Assembly (NCBI GenBank): GCA_963776245.1
Contig: CAVZLN010000003.1
Location: forward strand, 128,001-192,000
Length of the DNA: 64,000 bases
Origin: Candidatus Eiseniibacteriota bacterium
Lineage (GTDB): Bacteria; Eisenbacteria; RBG-16-71-46
Reading direction: 5' to 3'
A program made the translations under genes and the position numbers. Shown here one piece after another: positions 18,056 through 27,960 of the stretch. A model generated the notes under the pieces. That model was given only the letters and a program-made list of their open reading frames with translations. It was not told the DNA's origin and did not search any database. Each line of letters opens with the position of its first letter. Position 1 is the stretch's first letter.

Positions 18056-19012
18056 CTACTTCTGCTCGTCCACCGTCTTCTGCCGCAGATCGTCCTCGAA
18101 CTCCTTCACCATCTGGCGCATCGCGGGCTTGTCGGTCACGTCCGGCCCGAGCATGAACACGTCGGCGTCCTTGGCCACCACCTTCTGCCGCTTGTCGAGC
18201 GTGACGATGGTGCGCGCGATGTTCTGCCCCTGCTCGCCGCCGTAGACCGCCAGCGTGTTCTTGATGATCCGGCCCTTCTGGATGAGCGGGGTGCGGCGCC
18301 CGACGATGACCACATCGATGCCGTCCACCGCGGCGCACAGGTCCTCGCTCTCGGGCTTGCCGAGGTTCGAGAGCGCGACCACCACGTCGGCGCCCTTCTT
18401 GCGCATCTCGTCCACCATCGCCTTCGCCGCCGCGGTGGGGTCCTGCGCGACCAGCGAGTCGCCGGACGGGCCGAGCCCGGCCTCGTTGCTGATGAGCCCG
18501 AAGAAGCCCACCTTCACGCGTCCCTTCTCGACGATGGTATAGGGGGCGAAGGCGGGCCGGCGGGTCGACTTCTCCACCAGGTTCGCGCACACCAGCGGCA
18601 ACTGGTGGGAGGCGGCGTTCTCGCGCAGGTAGCCGAGGCCGAAGCGCAGGTCGCGGTCGCCCACCCCCACCGCGTCGACCATGAGCAGCTCGTACGCCTC
18701 CATCAGGAAGGGCACCACGGCCTGACGGGTCGCGTCGTCGGGGAAGAAGCCGCCGTTGTCCACCAGGAACATCTGGCCGAACTCCGTGCGGATGCTGTCC
18801 GTGTAGCCGGCGATCCGCGCCAGCCCGCCCTTGGGTATGTGGCAGCCGCACGGCCCGGTCTTGCCCAGCACATCGCTCACCGAACAGATGACCACCTTGT
18901 CCGGTTCGCGGATCGCGGCGTCGCGCCTGGGCGCGGCGGCACCGGTGAGGAGCATCACGGCCGGCAGGCCCATCGCCAGCGAGGCGAGGACACGGAGCAC
19001 GAGGGAACGCAT
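18056..19012 (-). CDS. Exported UshA/5'-nucleotidase N-terminal-like protein with CGC motif
   Basis: Signal peptide; SDVLGKTGPCGC...GGLARIA, LVDNGGFF, VCANLV, VKVGFFGL, GADVVVALS, GIDVVIVG; no C-terminal nucleotidase domain. Confidence 0.7.
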   Translation of the reverse strand: MRSLVLRVLASLAMGLPAVMLLTGAAAPRRDAAIREPDKVVICSVSDVLGKTGPCGCHIPKGGLARIAGYTDSIRTEFGQMFLVDNGGFFPDDATRQAVVPFLMEAYELLMVDAVGVGDRDLRFGLGYLRENAASHQLPLVCANLVEKSTRRPAFAPYTIVEKGRVKVGFFGLISNEAGLGPSGDSLVAQDPTAAAKAMVDEMRKKGADVVVALSNLGKPESEDLCAAVDGIDVVIVGRRTPLIQKGRIIKNTLAVYGGEQGQNIARTIVTLDKRQKVVAKDADVFMLGPDVTDKPAMRQMVKEFEDDLRQKTVDEQK

Positions 19013-19166
19013 GAGGGACGACCTCCCGCGGTGGGAAACGCCTGGCCAACACTCGAGCGGCGCGAACCAGCCTAGGGAAGCGCGGCGGCAGCGGTCAAAC
19101 GCGGCGCCCCGGCCGGCACGGCACTGGAACTGGGACACGCCAGGCGGCCGCAGGGTTGCCCGCCGC

Positions 19167-20138
19167 CTACCCGCGCTTGCGCCCCAGCACCCGGTCCGCC
19201 GCCGCCACGATGTCGGAGGCGGTGAGCCCGAACGCCTTCATCAGTTCGGACGGCTTGCCCGACTGTCCGAACCGGTCGTTCACCGCCACGAACTCCATCG
19301 GGACCGGGTGGTGCTGGACCAGCACCTCGGCCACCGCGCCGCCGAGACCGCCGTTGATCTGGTGCTCCTCGGCCGTGACCACCGCGCCGGTCTCGCGCGC
19401 GCAGCGCACCAGCAGCTCGCGGTCGAGCGGCTTGAGGGTGTGCAGGTCCACCACCCGCGCGGCGATCCCGCGCGCGGCCAGCGCCTCGTGCGCGCGCAGC
19501 GCCTCGTACACCATCACCCCGCACGCCACGATCGTGAGGTCGTCGCCGGCCGCGAACACCTCGCCCCGGCCGAACGTGAACGGCGTGTCCTCGGCGGTCA
19601 CCACCGGCACGTCCTCGCGGCCGAAGCGCAGGTACACCGGGCCGGGCACGCTCGCCGCGGCGAGCGTGGCCTTGTAGGACTCCCAGTAGTCGGCCGGCAC
19701 CATCATCTTCAGGTTCGGGATGGAGCGGATGATGCTGATCTCCTCCATCGCCTGGTGGGTGGCCCCGTCGGGGCCCACCGAGATGCCCCCGTGCATCCCG
19801 CAGATCTTCACGTCGAGGTTCGAGTACGCCAGCGTGACGCGGATCTGATCGGCCGCGCGACAGCTGGCGAACGCGCCGTAGGTGGCGAAGAACGGGATCT
19901 TGCCCATCGCGGCCAGTCCGGCCGAGATGTTGCACATGTTCTGCTCGGCGATGCCGACCTCGATGAACCGGTCGGGGAACCGCTCCGCGAAGAAGTGGAC
20001 CATGGTGGACTCGGAGAGGTCGCCCACCAGCACGACGATGCGCGGGTCCTGTTCGCCCAGGCGCACCAGCGCGCGGCCGAAGCCCTCGCGCGTCTTCTTC
20101 ATCTCCACCTTCTCGGGCAGCGTGATGGTCGCGCTCAT
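19167..20138 (-). CDS. Transketolase, C-terminal subunit
   Basis: EVGIAEQNM, GPDGATHQ, GPVYLRFGR, TLKPLD, EEHQINGGLG. Confidence 0.95.
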   Translation of the reverse strand: MSATITLPEKVEMKKTREGFGRALVRLGEQDPRIVVLVGDLSESTMVHFFAERFPDRFIEVGIAEQNMCNISAGLAAMGKIPFFATYGAFASCRAADQIRVTLAYSNLDVKICGMHGGISVGPDGATHQAMEEISIIRSIPNLKMMVPADYWESYKATLAAASVPGPVYLRFGREDVPVVTAEDTPFTFGRGEVFAAGDDLTIVACGVMVYEALRAHEALAARGIAARVVDLHTLKPLDRELLVRCARETGAVVTAEEHQINGGLGGAVAEVLVQHHPVPMEFVAVNDRFGQSGKPSELMKAFGLTASDIVAAADRVLGRKRG

Positions 20139-20149
20139 GGAGTCTCCCC

Positions 20150-21049
20150 TCACCCGTTCCGCAGGCGTTCGGACCACGTGGCGAAGGAGGTGCCCAGCTC
20201 GGCCAGCGCGCGCTCGCCCTCGTCGGGCTTGGGCGGCTTGCCGTGCCAGCGGTAGTCGTCCTCCATGAACGAGACGCCCTTGCCCATGACGGTGTGCGCC
20301 AGGATCACGCTCGGGCGGCCCACGAACGCGCGCGCCGCGGCGAAGGCGCGCACCACGTCGGGCAGGTCGTGGCCGTTGCACTCGATGACGTTCCAGTTGA
20401 ACGCGCGCCACTTGGCGCCCAGCGGCGCGATGCCGCACACGTCCTCGACGTCGCCGTCGATCTGCTTGCGGTTGTAGTCGATGACCGCGCACAGGTGGTC
20501 GAGCCGGTGGTGGCCGGCGAACATCGCGGCCTCCCAGATCTGTCCCTCCTGCTGCTCGCCGTCGCCCATCACGCAGTACACGCGCCGCGCGCTGCGGTCC
20601 ATGCGCGCCGCCATCGCGACGCCGCAGCACACCGAGAGCCCCTGGCCGAGCGAGCCGGCCGACACCTCGATGCCCGGGGTGTCGTGGCGCGAGGGGTGGC
20701 CCTGGGCGTGGCCGGCGAAGGTGCGGAACTGGAGCAGGTCGGCGAGCGGGAAGTACCCGCGCTCCGCCATCAGCGAGTAGATGAGCGGGGTGATGTGCCC
20801 GATCGAGAAGTGCCAGAAGTCGCGCCCCTCCCACGTCGGATCGGCCGGGTCGAGGCACATCTCGTGGAAGAACATCGCGGTCCCGAAGTCGGCGGACGAC
20901 AGCGGCCCGCCGGTGTGCCCGGACTGCGACTGCACCAGCAGCGTGAGGATGTCGCGGCGGATCTCGAGGGCCTTCTGTCGCAGCTTCTCGACCGGCCACA
21001 GCAGGCGCCCCGGCGCATGGCCGGGAACGGTCGCGGTCTTCGACGGCAC
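20150..21049 (-). CDS. Transketolase, N-terminal (TPP-binding) subunit
   Basis: SGHTGGPLSS, QGHP, GSLGQGLS, GDGEQQEGQIWEA, GKGVSFME, WHGK. Confidence 0.95.
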   Translation of the reverse strand: MPSKTATVPGHAPGRLLWPVEKLRQKALEIRRDILTLLVQSQSGHTGGPLSSADFGTAMFFHEMCLDPADPTWEGRDFWHFSIGHITPLIYSLMAERGYFPLADLLQFRTFAGHAQGHPSRHDTPGIEVSAGSLGQGLSVCCGVAMAARMDRSARRVYCVMGDGEQQEGQIWEAAMFAGHHRLDHLCAVIDYNRKQIDGDVEDVCGIAPLGAKWRAFNWNVIECNGHDLPDVVRAFAAARAFVGRPSVILAHTVMGKGVSFMEDDYRWHGKPPKPDEGERALAELGTSFATWSERLRNG

Positions 21050-21144
21050 GGGGGGTGTCCTCCGGGGATGTGGGGGGTCGCGGTGCGGAACCGCGAAACG
21101 TTACCCGGCGGCCGCGGCGGGCGTCAACGGACGCGGCACGGGGG

Positions 21145-21787
21145 TCATCGATAGAGCGTCTTCACGCGGCCCCACGTCGCCTGGAGCGCCGGGGTCTGGG
21201 CGCACACGTTGGGCGGCCCCGGGCGTGGGCGCGCACCCGGTGCCGGCGGGCAGCAGCGTGCCGGTGTAGGGGTTCAGCGAGTCGAACAGCATCCACGCCC
21301 CGGTGCCGTCGGGCGCCAGTCCGATGGCGCGGTCGGCGGCGGCCTCGTGGGTCTTGTAGGCGTAGGAGTCCACCAGCAGGGTCTCGGGACCGGCGACGCG
21401 CCACAGCAGAATGGCGTCGCCGGTGTTGCCCAGCGACAGCCCGAAGGCCGGATGGCCGGTCGCCTTCTCCCAGTCGTAGGACTGCTTGCCGGTGACGAGC
21501 GCGCGTTCGCCCGCGGCGAGCGTGCCCGTGAAGGCGTAGCGCGGGATGCTGTCGGCGTCGCTCAGCAGGAAGCCCGCGAGGTCGAGGGCGTAGGGCGCGG
21601 TGTTGACCACCTCGACCCATTCGTCGTCGCGCGAGGAGTACACGCCGTCGCCGTTCCAGTCGCGCGACGGCCCCGGCATGGCCTCGTTGAGGCGCAGCTC
21701 GGATTGCGCGCACGCGGTCCCGGCGCCGCCGGCGAGCAGGGGGACGGTGGCGAGGGCGATGAGGAGCACGGTGAACACAGGACGCAT
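21145..21787 (-). CDS. Secreted lamin-tail-domain protein; probable true C-terminus ...TWGRVKTLYR* lies behind a 1-nt frameshift near 21214
   Basis: Signal peptide; LRLNEAM, DEWVEVVN, DLAGFLLSD, LSLGNTGDAILL, TPG; shifted frame reads PNVCAQTPALQATWGRVKTLYR*; uncorrected frame ends at 21101. Confidence 0.75.
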
Positions 21788-21981
21788 GGCACTTCTCCCG
21801 CGGGGGCGTTGGGCGCGGGGGCGTTGGGTTCACGATGGACCGCGAGGGCCGCGGCCCGGGACCGGGGCACTGCACGCGCCGTGCCGGGCGCGGCGCGCCG
21901 CGCGGCACGCGGGATCGCAACGCGAAGGGCCGGAGCGCGTGTCCACGCCCCGGCCCCCGCTGTACACGCGAGCGACGGCGC

Positions 21982-23151
21982 TCAGCGCGCGCGCACGCTC
22001 AGGAACTCGTGCATGCTCTTGAGCGCGGTCTGGATGTTCTCGAGACTGTTGGCGTACGAGAAGCGGATGAAGCCCTCGCCCCAGTCGCCGAACGCCGTTC
22101 CCGACAGGCACGCCACGCCCGCTTCCTGCAGCAGCGCCTCGGCCAGATCGCCGCTCTTCATGCCGGTGCCGGTGATGTTCGGCCACGCGTAGAACGCCCC
22201 CGCCGGCATGTGGCAGCGCACCCCGGGCAGCCCGTTGAGGCCGTCCACGATCGCCTTCCGGCGCTTCAGGAACTCGGTCACCATCGCCTTGGCCTCGTCC
22301 TGCGGCCCGGTGAGCGCGGCGATCCCCGCCTTCTGGGTGAAGGTCGCGGTGCACGAGGTGGCGTTGGTCTGGAGGCGCGCCACCGCCTGCGCGAGCGGCT
22401 TGTCCATGATGCCGAAGCCGAGGCGCCAGCCGGTCATCGCGTAGGTCTTCGAGAACCCGTCGAGCACGATGGTGCGCTCGAACATCCCGGGCATGGCGGC
22501 GATCGAGACGTGCCGACCGTCGTACTGGATGCGGCCGTAGATCTCGTCCGAGAGGATGTGGAACCGGTGCTTGCGCGCGATCGCCGCGATGCCCTCGACG
22601 GTCTCGGGCTTGAGCACCGAACCGGTCGGATTGTGCGGCGAGTTCAGGATCACCAGCTTGGTGCGCTCGGTGACCTTGGACTCGAACTCCTTCAGGTCGA
22701 TGTCGAAGCCGTTCTTCTCATCGAGGCTGTACGGCACGGCACGCGCGCCGAGGAAGTTCACCACCGACTCGTAGATCGGGAAGCCGGGGTTCGGGTAGAG
22801 GACGTCGTCGCCCTCGTCCACCAGCGCCTGCATGCCGAAGAACATGATCGGCTTGCCGCCCGGCACCACCACCACGTTGTCCCACTCGCACGGGATGCCG
22901 CGCTCGGCCTTCCACTGCGCGGCGATCACCTTGCGGAAATCGGGCAGGCCGGCCGCCGGACCGTAGTGCGTGAACCCGGCCTCGATGGCCTCGGCCGCGG
23001 CCTTGCGGACATGCTTCGGCGTGTCGAAGTCGGGCTCGCCGATCTCGAGATGGACGATCTTGCGGCCCTGGGCCTCGAGCGCGCGCGCCTTCTCGAGCAC
23101 CACGAAGGCGGTCTCGGTGCCCAGCCGGCTCATGCGCTTCGCGAACGTCAT
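21982..23151 (-). CDS. PLP-dependent class I/II (aspartate-type) aminotransferase
   Basis: IGEPDFDTP, NSPHNPTG, SDEIY, GFSKTYAMTGWRLG, IRFSYA. Confidence 0.93.
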   Translation of the reverse strand: MTFAKRMSRLGTETAFVVLEKARALEAQGRKIVHLEIGEPDFDTPKHVRKAAAEAIEAGFTHYGPAAGLPDFRKVIAAQWKAERGIPCEWDNVVVVPGGKPIMFFGMQALVDEGDDVLYPNPGFPIYESVVNFLGARAVPYSLDEKNGFDIDLKEFESKVTERTKLVILNSPHNPTGSVLKPETVEGIAAIARKHRFHILSDEIYGRIQYDGRHVSIAAMPGMFERTIVLDGFSKTYAMTGWRLGFGIMDKPLAQAVARLQTNATSCTATFTQKAGIAALTGPQDEAKAMVTEFLKRRKAIVDGLNGLPGVRCHMPAGAFYAWPNITGTGMKSGDLAEALLQEAGVACLSGTAFGDWGEGFIRFSYANSLENIQTALKSMHEFLSVRAR

Positions 23152-23160
23152 ACGACCTCC

Positions 23161-24705
23161 TCAAGGAACCGGCTCCGTGCGCCCCTGCGTGGGGGCTGCC
23201 CGGGTACGCGCGCGGCGGGTCCAGTCGAATGTCCACAGCAGCCGCGGTGGCTTGTCCGCCGCGGCGGTCATCTCCAGCGTGGCGCGCAGGACCCCGCCGC
23301 CGGCCGGAAGGCCGAGCTCGAGGCGCGTGCGCGCCCCGGCGCCGGAGAGTGCCCTGAGCACCAGACGATCGGTCCCGGCCTCGGGCAGGTACACGGTCTC
23401 GCCGCGCCGCACGCGATAGACCGCGTGGGTGAGGCGCACGGTGGGTCGCGGGAGCGCCCCGGCGTCGATGCGGACCGTGGTCACCGCGCGCACTGCGGCG
23501 CGCAGCACCGCGCGCTCGCCCCAGGTCTCGTGGCGCAGCGCGAGGGCGAGCCCGGGCGCGACCGCGCGCCACTCGCCCCACGACCCCTGCCGGAACCCCG
23601 CGGCCCGCGAAGGCGGCTCGCGCCGCGCCCCATGCTGCTCCTCGAGGCCGAGGATGAACGCCCCATGTTCCGCCAACTGCCGGTCCACTTCAAGCGCCGC
23701 CCGGGCGCCCGCGACCTGCGGACGGAAGCGCCACAGCGCCCCGGTCGCGACCGCGCGCCACGGCCCCGCCGGGCCCTCGGCGAGCGCGGCGAGGGCCTGC
23801 GCCGGCCCCGCCCGCCGTGGCTCGGCGAGGGAACCGAACCCGGGCAGGCCGCCGCGCGCGCGCAGCACCATGCGGCCGGCGCCGAGCGGACGCTCGAGCG
23901 CGCCCTCGGCGCGCCACCGGCCGTCACCGTCGATCGCCAGCTCGAGGTCGGCGGGCGCGCACGCCAGCGCCAGGCTGCCCTGCGTCTGGCCGCCGCGCCC
24001 CGCCAGCAGGCCGGCGCCGAGCCCTCCCGCCAGCAGCCCGACCCCGGCGAGGTCGCGGCGCGCGAAGCGGCCGGCCATGAGTTCCAGCTCCGCGCCCGCG
24101 CCCGCGCGCCGGAACGCCGCACCCTCGCCCGCGCGCCCGCGGAACGCCGCGGCGCCGCCGCGGTCGGCGGCCTCGCGCGCCCACGGATCGGCCGCGGCTC
24201 CCAGCACCAGGCCGCGACCCCAGCGCGGCGCGAGCCGCCCGACCCGCACGGTGCCGCCCGCCAGCGCTCCGTCCACGGTGGCGCCCGAGAGCGCGTCGCC
24301 CTTGCCCTCGCGCACCCCGCCGCGCACCCCGTCGCCGCGGAAGCGCACCCGCCGCGTGCGGCGCGGGGCCTCGCCGGGGCTCGCGCTCGCGCCCACGCCG
24401 ACCTCGACCGCGTCCTCGTCGAGCGAGTCGGCGGGCTCGTAGGCGTAGTCCTCGCCCTCGGTCGTCTCGGGCGGCGGTTCGACCGGCGCCGGCTCCTGCG
24501 TCCACGCCACCGTTGCCGCGAGCGCGAGCGCGAGCACGCACGCGAGCGCCAGCGCGCACGGGTGCACCCGCACGGATGGGAGCGCACGCGCGCACCGGAG
24601 CGCCCACGCGGATCTCAGCGCGCCCGCGCACCGGAACGCCCCCGAAATCCGGACCGCCGGTAGTCGCGCGACCGCATGGATACAGGGCCGGATGAGGGTG
24701 GTCAT
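23161..24705 (-). CDS. Hypothetical exported, probable outer-membrane beta-barrel protein
   Basis: Hydrophobic signal-like stretch (ALACVLALALAATVAW), many alternating-residue strands, VGRLAPRWGRGLVLG; ATGA coupling; start uncertain. Confidence 0.55.
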   Translation of the reverse strand: MTTLIRPCIHAVARLPAVRISGAFRCAGALRSAWALRCARALPSVRVHPCALALACVLALALAATVAWTQEPAPVEPPPETTEGEDYAYEPADSLDEDAVEVGVGASASPGEAPRRTRRVRFRGDGVRGGVREGKGDALSGATVDGALAGGTVRVGRLAPRWGRGLVLGAAADPWAREAADRGGAAAFRGRAGEGAAFRRAGAGAELELMAGRFARRDLAGVGLLAGGLGAGLLAGRGGQTQGSLALACAPADLELAIDGDGRWRAEGALERPLGAGRMVLRARGGLPGFGSLAEPRRAGPAQALAALAEGPAGPWRAVATGALWRFRPQVAGARAALEVDRQLAEHGAFILGLEEQHGARREPPSRAAGFRQGSWGEWRAVAPGLALALRHETWGERAVLRAAVRAVTTVRIDAGALPRPTVRLTHAVYRVRRGETVYLPEAGTDRLVLRALSGAGARTRLELGLPAGGGVLRATLEMTAAADKPPRLLWTFDWTRRARTRAAPTQGRTEPVP

Positions 24706-25535
24706 TTTACCGCTGGGCGCGAGCGCGCCGGTCCGAGCGCGCCGCCCACCGCCACCCGCACGGTCTCGCCCAGCACCGGGTGACTCTCCACGCTCGCCGC
24801 CACTCTCAGCGCGCGAGCGCGCGCGGCGAGGCCGAGCGTGCCGCGCAGCGGGCCATCGCGCGCCTCGACCCAGGTTTCCACCGCCCCGACTGCCAGCGCC
24901 ACGCCGCCCGCGCTCTCACCGCCGCCCGGATCGCGCGTGACGGGCGCCACGCGCGACAGCCACGCGCGCGTCTCCCCCACGGCGCAAGCGACCCCGATCT
25001 CGAGCGGGCGCGCGAGCGGCGGCGAGACCCCGGCGCGCCACACCTGCGGGGCGCTCGCCCACAGCGAGACCCCGCCGGCCAGTTCCAGCCACGCGCCCGC
25101 GCCGGCCTCGATCCCGACTCCCGCGCCGAGGTTCGAGAGCCGCTCGCCCGGTGCGCGGTCACGGCGCGCGATCCCGCGCAGCGCGGCCCCGCCGCGGCCC
25201 GCCGCGAATCCGAGCGCAGCGCCCGCGGCCTGCCATCCCAGCTCGGCGTCGCCGGTCTGCGACACCCCCGCCGCCGCGCGCACCTTCCGCCACCCGGCGC
25301 CGAGTGCCACCGCGTGTGTGACGAGCCCCGGCAACGCGTGCCATGACGTGAGCGCGCACTCGAGCGCGAGCCCGCCGTCCGCGGCGGGCAGTCCGCGCTC
25401 GAGCGCGGTGGCGGGCGCACCCACGGCGAGCACCGCGTCGGCCGGTGCGGGCGGGGCGAAGTCCTGCGCCCATGCCGGGCCGGCGATCGTCAGGGCGGCG
25501 ACGAGGCAGGCGGCGCGGCCCACGCTCGCGCTCAC
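24702..25535 (-). CDS. Hypothetical exported protein, possible small beta-barrel
   Basis: Signal peptide ending AWA-QD; C-terminal ESHPVLGETVRVAVGG; GTGA coupling. Confidence 0.6.
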   Translation of the reverse strand: MSASVGRAACLVAALTIAGPAWAQDFAPPAPADAVLAVGAPATALERGLPAADGGLALECALTSWHALPGLVTHAVALGAGWRKVRAAAGVSQTGDAELGWQAAGAALGFAAGRGGAALRGIARRDRAPGERLSNLGAGVGIEAGAGAWLELAGGVSLWASAPQVWRAGVSPPLARPLEIGVACAVGETRAWLSRVAPVTRDPGGGESAGGVALAVGAVETWVEARDGPLRGTLGLAARARALRVAASVESHPVLGETVRVAVGGALGPARSRPAVK

Positions 25536-27166
25536 AACTCGACCCCCTCCACCCGCAGCGCGCGGGACTCCGTGAGCGTGTCCCCGCCAGTGTCGGCGCG
25601 CGCGCGCAGGGCGAGGATGTAGAGCCCCGGCGGGAGCGCCGCCGCGTCCCACTCCGCCACGCCGCGCGCGGGCACCGCCGCGTCCGCGAGCGCCTGCGCC
25701 ACGCGCCGGCCGGCGAGGTCGTACACCTCCACCGCCACGTGAGCGCGCGGCCACGGCAGCGACCACGCCAGGCGCGCGCGGGTGGCGCCCGCGCGCACCC
25801 GCCGCGGGCTCACCTCGAAGCGCGCCGCGAGCGGCGGCAGGGCGAGCGGCGGCGCCAACGGCGTGCCGCCCCGCGCGAGCGCCGGCCACCACGCGCCCTC
25901 GCGCCACTCGAGCGGCACGCCGGCGGGGACCCCGGCGGCCGAGTACTCGACGCGCTCGCACCGCACCCCGGCCTCGCGCAGCACCACCGCGTCGGCGATC
26001 CCGGCGGAGTCGTCGGTGTTGTTGAGCGCCGGCCAGGGTGCCCCCTGCCACACCCGTCGCGGGTCGAGCCCCGGGAAGCGCGCCAGCAACGCCGCCCGGT
26101 CCTGGGCCACCACTGCCAGACTCTCGGGCGCGAGCGGTCCTTCGCCGCCGGTGAGCCGCGCGAGCGTGGTGCCGCGGTCGGAGAGCGTGAACGACGCGAG
26201 GTCCACCGGCGCCGCGGCGGCGTTGCGCACCTCGACCCACTCCCCCTCGCCGGCCGCGGGATGGAACTGGATCTCGGTGATCGCGAGCGCGCACGCGCCC
26301 ACGCCGATGACGAGCGAGTCGGTGTCGTTCGCCGGCGCCTCGTCCCCGCTCGCGCGCACGCGGGCAGTGAGCGTCCAGCGGCCGGCCGCCAGCCCGGGCA
26401 GGTCGAGCGCGAAGCCGGCGGTGTCGCCGGGCGCGAGCGAGCCGAGCGAGACCTCGGCCGGCCCGGCGGAATCCGCCGCGCCATGCGCCCACACCTCGAC
26501 CCGCGCGTCGCCGGCGGAGAAGGCCACGGTCCCCAGGTTGGCGACCGCGCCCGCGAGCCGCGCGGACGTTCCGGCCGCGGGTCGCTCGGGCGCGAGTGCC
26601 AGCCTGCCGCGCACCAGCGCGGCGTCGCGCTGGGCGAGATTGGCGCGCCCCGGCGAAGGGGGCGCCGCGCGGAAGTCGAGCGCGTTGCCGCCGAGGTCGG
26701 CGGTGTCGGGCACGCGCGCGAGCGACTGCCCCGACGCCACGTCGGGCGCCGGCGTTCCGCAGTAGTACTCCGCGAACTCGTGCGCGCCCCAGCCCACCAC
26801 CTCGACCGCGCCGTCGGGCCACACCAGGCGCGTCGCGTCCGGCCCGTTCTGGAGGTCGAGGGTCACCAGCGCGTCGGGCGCCGGCACGACCTGGGCGCCG
26901 CCGATGACGAAGCGCGCCCCGGCGCGCACGGTGTCGCGCGCGACGCCGGTCCAGCGCAGCGTCCAGCGCGCGACGCCCGAACCGTCGCCCGCCTCGAGCC
27001 GCAGACCCGAGAGCGGCGTACGGCGCGGGCCCGGATTGAAGAGCTCGACGAACTCCCAGCCGGTGTCGTCGCCGATGGCGTCGTAGTACACCTCGGTGAC
27101 GATCGGCCGCTGGAGCGGCGAGCACGCGGCGAACGCGAGCCCCGCGGCGAAGATGACGCACGACAT
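25532..27166 (-). CDS. Secreted protein with two lamin-tail domains, a CARDB-like domain and a C-terminal FlgD-Ig/CTD-like domain
   Basis: VTEVYYD...EFVELFN; ITEIQFHP..GEGEWVEVRN; VANLG...DEAPAND; VYDLAGRRV...PGLYIL. Confidence 0.8.
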   Translation of the reverse strand: MSCVIFAAGLAFAACSPLQRPIVTEVYYDAIGDDTGWEFVELFNPGPRRTPLSGLRLEAGDGSGVARWTLRWTGVARDTVRAGARFVIGGAQVVPAPDALVTLDLQNGPDATRLVWPDGAVEVVGWGAHEFAEYYCGTPAPDVASGQSLARVPDTADLGGNALDFRAAPPSPGRANLAQRDAALVRGRLALAPERPAAGTSARLAGAVANLGTVAFSAGDARVEVWAHGAADSAGPAEVSLGSLAPGDTAGFALDLPGLAAGRWTLTARVRASGDEAPANDTDSLVIGVGACALAITEIQFHPAAGEGEWVEVRNAAAAPVDLASFTLSDRGTTLARLTGGEGPLAPESLAVVAQDRAALLARFPGLDPRRVWQGAPWPALNNTDDSAGIADAVVLREAGVRCERVEYSAAGVPAGVPLEWREGAWWPALARGGTPLAPPLALPPLAARFEVSPRRVRAGATRARLAWSLPWPRAHVAVEVYDLAGRRVAQALADAAVPARGVAEWDAAALPPGLYILALRARADTGGDTLTESRALRVEGVEL

Positions 27167-27359
27167 GGGAGTCCCGGCTGGAGGCGGGTGCGCGCACGGA
27201 GGACGCGGGCGCGGGGCGGCGGTGACGACCGGCAAGCGGCATGCCGGGTGGCCCGGGCGCGCGGGCTTGGCGCCGGCGCGGCCGCACCGCCTCGCCACTT
27301 GCCGTCGCCGCGCACATGCGACACCGTCCGCGGGTGCGCACCCGACCGGGATCCCGCTC

Positions 27360-27890
27360 GTGAGCCGCCGCGGTCGCGGCTGGTTCGCCGCCGTCGCGGT
27401 GGCCGTCGTGCTCGCGTTCGCGCTCCTGCGGGCCCCGCGGCCGGCGCCGCCGCGTGCCGCCGCGCCCCCGCGCTCGGCACCCGCGCCGCCCGCGAGCGGC
27501 GAGGAGCGGCGGTGCGTCCGCGACGTCGACGGGGACACCATCGTGCTCGATGGCGGGGAGCGCGTGCGCCTGATCGGCGTGGACACGCCCGAGACCAAGG
27601 ACCCGCGCCGGCCGGTGGAGTACTTCGGCCGCGAGGCCTCGGCGTTCACGCGCCAGCGGGTGGCGGGCCGGCGGGTGCGCCTCGAGTACGACCAGACGCG
27701 CCGCGACCGCTACGGCCGCACGCTGGCGTACGTGTACCTCGAGGACGGCACCTGCCTGAACGCGGAGCTCATCCGCCAGGGCTACGGACACGCGTACACG
27801 AAGTACCCGTTCCGCCGCCTGCGCGAGTACGTGGCGCTCGAGGCCGAGGCGCGCGAGGCCGGGCGCGGGCTGTGGGGCGCGGAACGCTAG
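27360..27890 (+). CDS. Membrane-anchored thermonuclease (SNase family)
   Basis: DGDTI, VRLIGVDTPE, FGREAS, DRYGRTLAYVY, EAREAGRGLW. Confidence 0.93.
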   Translation: MSRRGRGWFAAVAVAVVLAFALLRAPRPAPPRAAAPPRSAPAPPASGEERRCVRDVDGDTIVLDGGERVRLIGVDTPETKDPRRPVEYFGREASAFTRQRVAGRRVRLEYDQTRRDRYGRTLAYVYLEDGTCLNAELIRQGYGHAYTKYPFRRLREYVALEAEAREAGRGLWGAER

Positions 27891-27960
27891 GTGGACCGGC
27901 GCCCGGTGCCCGCGGGCGCGCGGGATGGACAAGCGCGCCGCGAACCGCCAGTCTGCCGCC

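Noticed and set aside
18835..18860. Selenocysteine in the UshA-like protein
   Set aside because: Both positions are TGC (Cys); there is no in-frame TGA.
19167..21049. Split transketolase as a broken gene
   Set aside because: Two-subunit transketolases are common; both ORFs are intact with their own starts.
24540..24660. Degenerate short repeats in the N-terminus of the 23161-24705 gene
   Set aside because: Too divergent to define a unit; probably low-complexity GC-rich sequence.
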